DNA of 64,000 nt from an uncultured Planctomycetia bacterium (GTDB lineage Bacteria; Omnitrophota; Gorgyraeia; 1-14-0-20-64-10): contig CAZQXN010000002.1 in the NCBI GenBank assembly GCA_964597545.1, forward strand, positions 88,234 to 152,233, given 5' to 3'. The translations under genes were made by a program, and so were the position numbers. Below the pieces are notes generated by a model that ran no database searches, had not been told where the DNA came from, and saw only the letters and a program-made list of their open reading frames with translations. This document shows, piece after piece, positions 61,040 through 64,000 of the stretch (the first letter of the stretch is position 1; the number at the start of each line of letters is the position of its first letter).

Positions 61040-64000
61040 CTCTAACATTCGCACAATACGTTGGATTCGCCTCAGCGCCTGGATTACTTTCCAGGCGCTG
61101 ATTGTTACCGGCCTTTCTTCTGCCTTTGCCGAACCAAAAGCCAGTATCGGGTACAAGCTTGTACCCGATACTGAAGCGCTGCGAGCGCCCCAGCGCCAAG
61201 AGGGCGGGCTTGAGGAGATCCAAACATCCCTGTCCGCCGGCCAGGAGGAGATGCCTACCCGGTCTGAAGGGGCGTTTGATGTTGTGGATGGCCCCACCAC
61301 GTTGGTGAAGAATTTGCCCTCAGATACTACCCCTGAACGGCCCTACCGGGGAGATGTGGCGAGTTCAGTCCTAGGATTGGCCGACAAGATTCTGCCGAGG
61401 CGGGTTGATACCCAGATTGCCTTTGTGGCGGTGTACAACGATGCGGGGATCGCTGATTCCTTTGTGTTCGACATCGCAGATCCCATCGCCAGTGTCCGCG
61501 ACTTTGCCGAGGCCAAGGGGATTGCGCTTGATCAGCTTATGGTTGCCATGGATGTGAGCTCTTCTGCGGTCAACACCGAATGGCTCCCCGATGCGCTGGT
61601 GGAGATCGGAATCCCCCGAGACAACATCATCGCTTTCCCCCAGATCCAGCAGGCGATCAACGTGGCCCTCAACAACAATCCCCGCCGGAAGCTGCATGAG
61701 CGCTCCCCGTGGTTTACCAAGTCGTTCGACATCTTGATTGGGAGTGTGGGGGCAACCGAAGTGTCCGGATGGATCAATGCCATTGCGCCCCTGCCCGGCG
61801 TGCACGCCCGCCTTTTCTTTGCACCATCTGCCGCCCGAAAGGGTCCTCGTCAAGCCCGAGATATGGACTCCCTTTACAGCATGCGGTTGACGAATCAGAG
61901 GAATGTTGCCGGCGAGCGAAGGACGACGTTCGAACTGGCGGATCTGGTTGACATGGGTGACCCCCACAAGATGTACGCCTCCACCCTGGTGACCGGCTAC
62001 ATGAATATTCCGGGAATAGAGTATGACACCATGGGGGTGACCACTTACACCAAGGTGTTTCAGCAGGGGTGCGATCCGGTCATCTTGGTGGATCGTTTCA
62101 ACTACGCGATCTCAAGGCAGGATGCCCGGGCGCAAGCCATCGCTGTCACTGAGGGTTTCGAGGGGCGGTATCCAGACGTTTACGAGTGGCTGCTGCATCA
62201 TGGGGGATCGATTCCGCCTCGTCCGGTCCAGCACGACGTCGTTAAAGCGGCTTCAGCTGCAGCGATCCCGACTCAGTGGGACAAATCCGGATGGCCGGAG
62301 GAGTTTTTGGGGCTGAGTCTGGTTTCCTCCCGGGGGTATGACCTTCAAGGCAATCCTGTAAAGACGCCGTTTCCCATCCGGGGCGACGGACACCGGGATA
62401 CCCAGGCCGCTGCCATTGCCTCCGGCTGGCTGCGCGGAATAGCAATCGGCGGCCAAGTGGATGCTGAGCAAGCCAAGCAGGCGGCCGACCGGCTTGCGCG
62501 GGATGCCATGGGCGAGAGGATAGCGTTGAACCCTGCCCCCCACCCAGTGACAGTGGGGGCCTTTGAGGGGGCCAGAGACGGTTCTGCTTCCTGGAAATAT
62601 GGGATGGTGCTGGACGCCGGCCAGGAGGAGCGCTCAGAGCTTCAGCAGAGGGTGGCCGAGGTGCCGAAAGGGAGCCTGTTTCTGCCCCTGGAGCTTGGCG
62701 GCACGACCCTAAGGGCTGCCCTGGCGGATGCGGGGACGAATGAGGTGCTTACATCGTTGGAGCGCGAATGGAAGTTTCTTCCCGGAAGCAAGCCGAGCGG
62801 CTCAGAGAATATAGCCCCCGTGAATGAACAGATCCGCGCTCTCGTTGAGGAGCTCACCCGTTTGGCGGGAATCGACATTCAGGATGTGAGCCGCTTGCCG
62901 ATCAGCGCCACAGGGGAGTTTAACGAAGGGACGACCGGGGGCACTTTTGAACGGCGGGCCGGGTATGTCCGGCTTCAGTTTTATTTGCCCTATACCAGGC
63001 TCAATATGCTGGCACACATTGCGGGCACTCTGGGTGTCGCAGAGGATCGGTTCAGTCTGTACAGCGATGTAAAAACCGCCCTCGTTGCTGAGGAGCGTTT
63101 CGGAGGGCACGGTTTAGGGCCGGGCAGGGCAGGGTATCTGACGGTCAGCACCGGCGTCGATTTGGCCCTGATGAGCACAGACGGCGAGCCCATTCCCATA
63201 GAGCTGGAGCAGTACCCTGTGAGCGGCGGTAAGAATGTCGGACACTTCGCCTCAGGAGCCCACTTGGCCGGCTTGGCAAGGGAGGAGATTGGACGCACCG
63301 GGGATAGCGTCATCATGGAGTTGGTGGGTGATGACCCCTCCCAGATCGACACTCAGGTCTTGGGTCAAGCATTTCGAGCAGGAAGCGCGCTTGCCATTCG
63401 GTTGTACCAGCAGGCGGCTCAAGTCATAGGAGAGGCCATTGTTCAGGCGGTCCAGAAAGAGGAAGACCACCTCGCAAGGGAAGGGGGCCTTCGAATCGTT
63501 GCCGGCGGCGGGGTCATAGAAGGGGTTAACAGTTTTATGCCGCTGAGCGGTTCTGAGCGGCGCACCATGGTCACAATGCTTCAGGATGCCGTGGATGGCG
63601 CTCGCTATTCTGCCGGCATGGAAAGAGAGATTGAGATCGCGCTTTCTCGGTTGAAGCCCAACCACCGCGGTTTGCTTGGAGCTGTGGCGCTGGCCAGCGC
63701 CGGCCTGGAGGAGACGCCCGCCGCTTCTCTGGCTCATAAGATTACCCAGAATCTCAGCGGCGACATCGCCTCTCTGCTGCCGGCCCTGCAGATTCAAAGC
63801 ATGGATTTTATGGAAAGCGGAATTCCCGGGTGGGAGCGGCTGGTTTATACCCTTGCCGACGGATCCCACTGGAGGGGCGGCATCGTGCATGAGGATGTCC
63901 CGCGCGATCAGATTCATAAGACCGCCGCTGTCAGCCCCGGCAGCATGGTAAGGGGGGCTGCTACCCGGCTGAAGGCAGGCGCCACGGTCCTCAATACCGC
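61032..64000 (+). CDS. Third giant-family gene (3'-partial, >980 aa, runs off the window). It has a signal peptide and the conserved post-signal module, and a ROK/BadF-type ASKHA kinase-like domain at ~62680-63530.
   Basis: The six-frame track omits it because it has no stop. The frame was verified by translating several stretches ('WIRLSAWITFQALIVTGLSSAFAEPK', 'LQQRVAEVPKGSLFLPLELGGTTLRAALADAG', 'LTVSTGVDLALM', 'IVAGGGVIEG'). Probable TTG start at 61032. Recurrent 'GGLEEI', 'AGQEE' and 'SAGLEET' motifs. Confidence 0.6.
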   Translation, partial: MGHSNIRTIRWIRLSAWITFQALIVTGLSSAFAEPKASIGYKLVPDTEALRAPQRQEGGLEEIQTSLSAGQEEMPTRSEGAFDVVDGPTTLVKNLPSDTTPERPYRGDVASSVLGLADKILPRRVDTQIAFVAVYNDAGIADSFVFDIADPIASVRDFAEAKGIALDQLMVAMDVSSSAVNTEWLPDALVEIGIPRDNIIAFPQIQQAINVALNNNPRRKLHERSPWFTKSFDILIGSVGATEVSGWINAIAPLPGVHARLFFAPSAARKGPRQARDMDSLYSMRLTNQRNVAGERRTTFELADLVDMGDPHKMYASTLVTGYMNIPGIEYDTMGVTTYTKVFQQGCDPVILVDRFNYAISRQDARAQAIAVTEGFEGRYPDVYEWLLHHGGSIPPRPVQHDVVKAASAAAIPTQWDKSGWPEEFLGLSLVSSRGYDLQGNPVKTPFPIRGDGHRDTQAAAIASGWLRGIAIGGQVDAEQAKQAADRLARDAMGERIALNPAPHPVTVGAFEGARDGSASWKYGMVLDAGQEERSELQQRVAEVPKGSLFLPLELGGTTLRAALADAGTNEVLTSLEREWKFLPGSKPSGSENIAPVNEQIRALVEELTRLAGIDIQDVSRLPISATGEFNEGTTGGTFERRAGYVRLQFYLPYTRLNMLAHIAGTLGVAEDRFSLYSDVKTALVAEERFGGHGLGPGRAGYLTVSTGVDLALMSTDGEPIPIELEQYPVSGGKNVGHFASGAHLAGLAREEIGRTGDSVIMELVGDDPSQIDTQVLGQAFRAGSALAIRLYQQAAQVIGEAIVQAVQKEEDHLAREGGLRIVAGGGVIEGVNSFMPLSGSERRTMVTMLQDAVDGARYSAGMEREIEIALSRLKPNHRGLLGAVALASAGLEETPAASLAHKITQNLSGDIASLLPALQIQSMDFMESGIPGWERLVYTLADGSHWRGGIVHEDVPRDQIHKTAAVSPGSMVRGAATRLKAGATVLNT
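61143..61172 (+). repeat. Perfect 30-bp palindrome agtatcgggtacaagcttgtacccgatact lying in frame in the post-signal linker of the third giant gene. Its arms (cgggtaca/tgtacccg) match the REP arms flanking the RAYT gene.
   Basis: The sequence is self-complementary. It encodes 'SIGYKLVPDT'. It occupies the same protein position as the GGTACC units in the 5062-aa gene. Confidence 0.85.

Noticed and set aside
1-64000. CRISPR arrays, tRNA or rRNA genes
   Set aside because: No regularly spaced direct repeats with unique spacers were seen. No recognisable tRNA cloverleaf or rRNA stretch was found on reading. The window appears fully protein-coding apart from short spacers.

Overview
This is a high-GC (~62%) bacterial window with no rRNA, tRNA or CRISPR array visible to me. 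Three features dominate it.

(1) A run of very large ORFs with shared architecture. They are 1377 aa (5'-partial), 1102 aa, 3089 aa, 5062 aa and a >980 aa 3'-partial ORF that the six-frame track omits because it runs off the window end. Each starts with a Sec-type signal peptide. The 3089-aa, 5062-aa and third giant ORFs also share a conserved post-signal module. Linkers punctuated by a recurring G-[L/Q]-E-E motif separate diverged domains that look like cytoplasmic sugar-metabolism enzymes: a near full-length GlmS-like GATase-II plus two SIS domains, a left-handed beta-helix, ROK/ASKHA kinase-like domains, an ATP-grasp, a GHMP kinase, and two HAD-like modules.

(2) An amino-sugar / chito-oligosaccharide utilisation locus lying among the giant genes. 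It contains nagB, nagA, a ROK/NagC-type regulator, a GH94 cellobiose/chitobiose phosphorylase, an ABC importer with a fused substrate-binding protein and permease and a second permease carrying a CBM-like periplasmic insert, plus an array of secreted paralogs built on a repeated 'WCGYYTLL' beta-sandwich (CBM-like) domain and a TIM-barrel glycosidase-like domain.

(3) Mobile and repetitive DNA. An IS200-like REP-associated tyrosine transposase (RAYT, HuH motif) is flanked by two copies of a perfect hairpin, one of which doubles as a terminator. A family of GGTACC-core palindromes is dispersed through the window, including in-frame copies inside the N-termini of two giant genes. There are heptanucleotide short sequence repeats (SSRs) at the 5' ends of two secreted-protein genes. 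A ~545-bp direct repeat forms the 3' ends of the first two large ORFs.

On the minus strand a four-gene overlapping operon encodes two paralogous secreted proteins, a PapD-like candidate chaperone and a helical + beta-barrel outer-membrane protein. The many antisense ORFs in the track are treated as high-GC artefacts. Track start coordinates use the first ATG/GTG/TTG and are often not the true start; I adjusted several.
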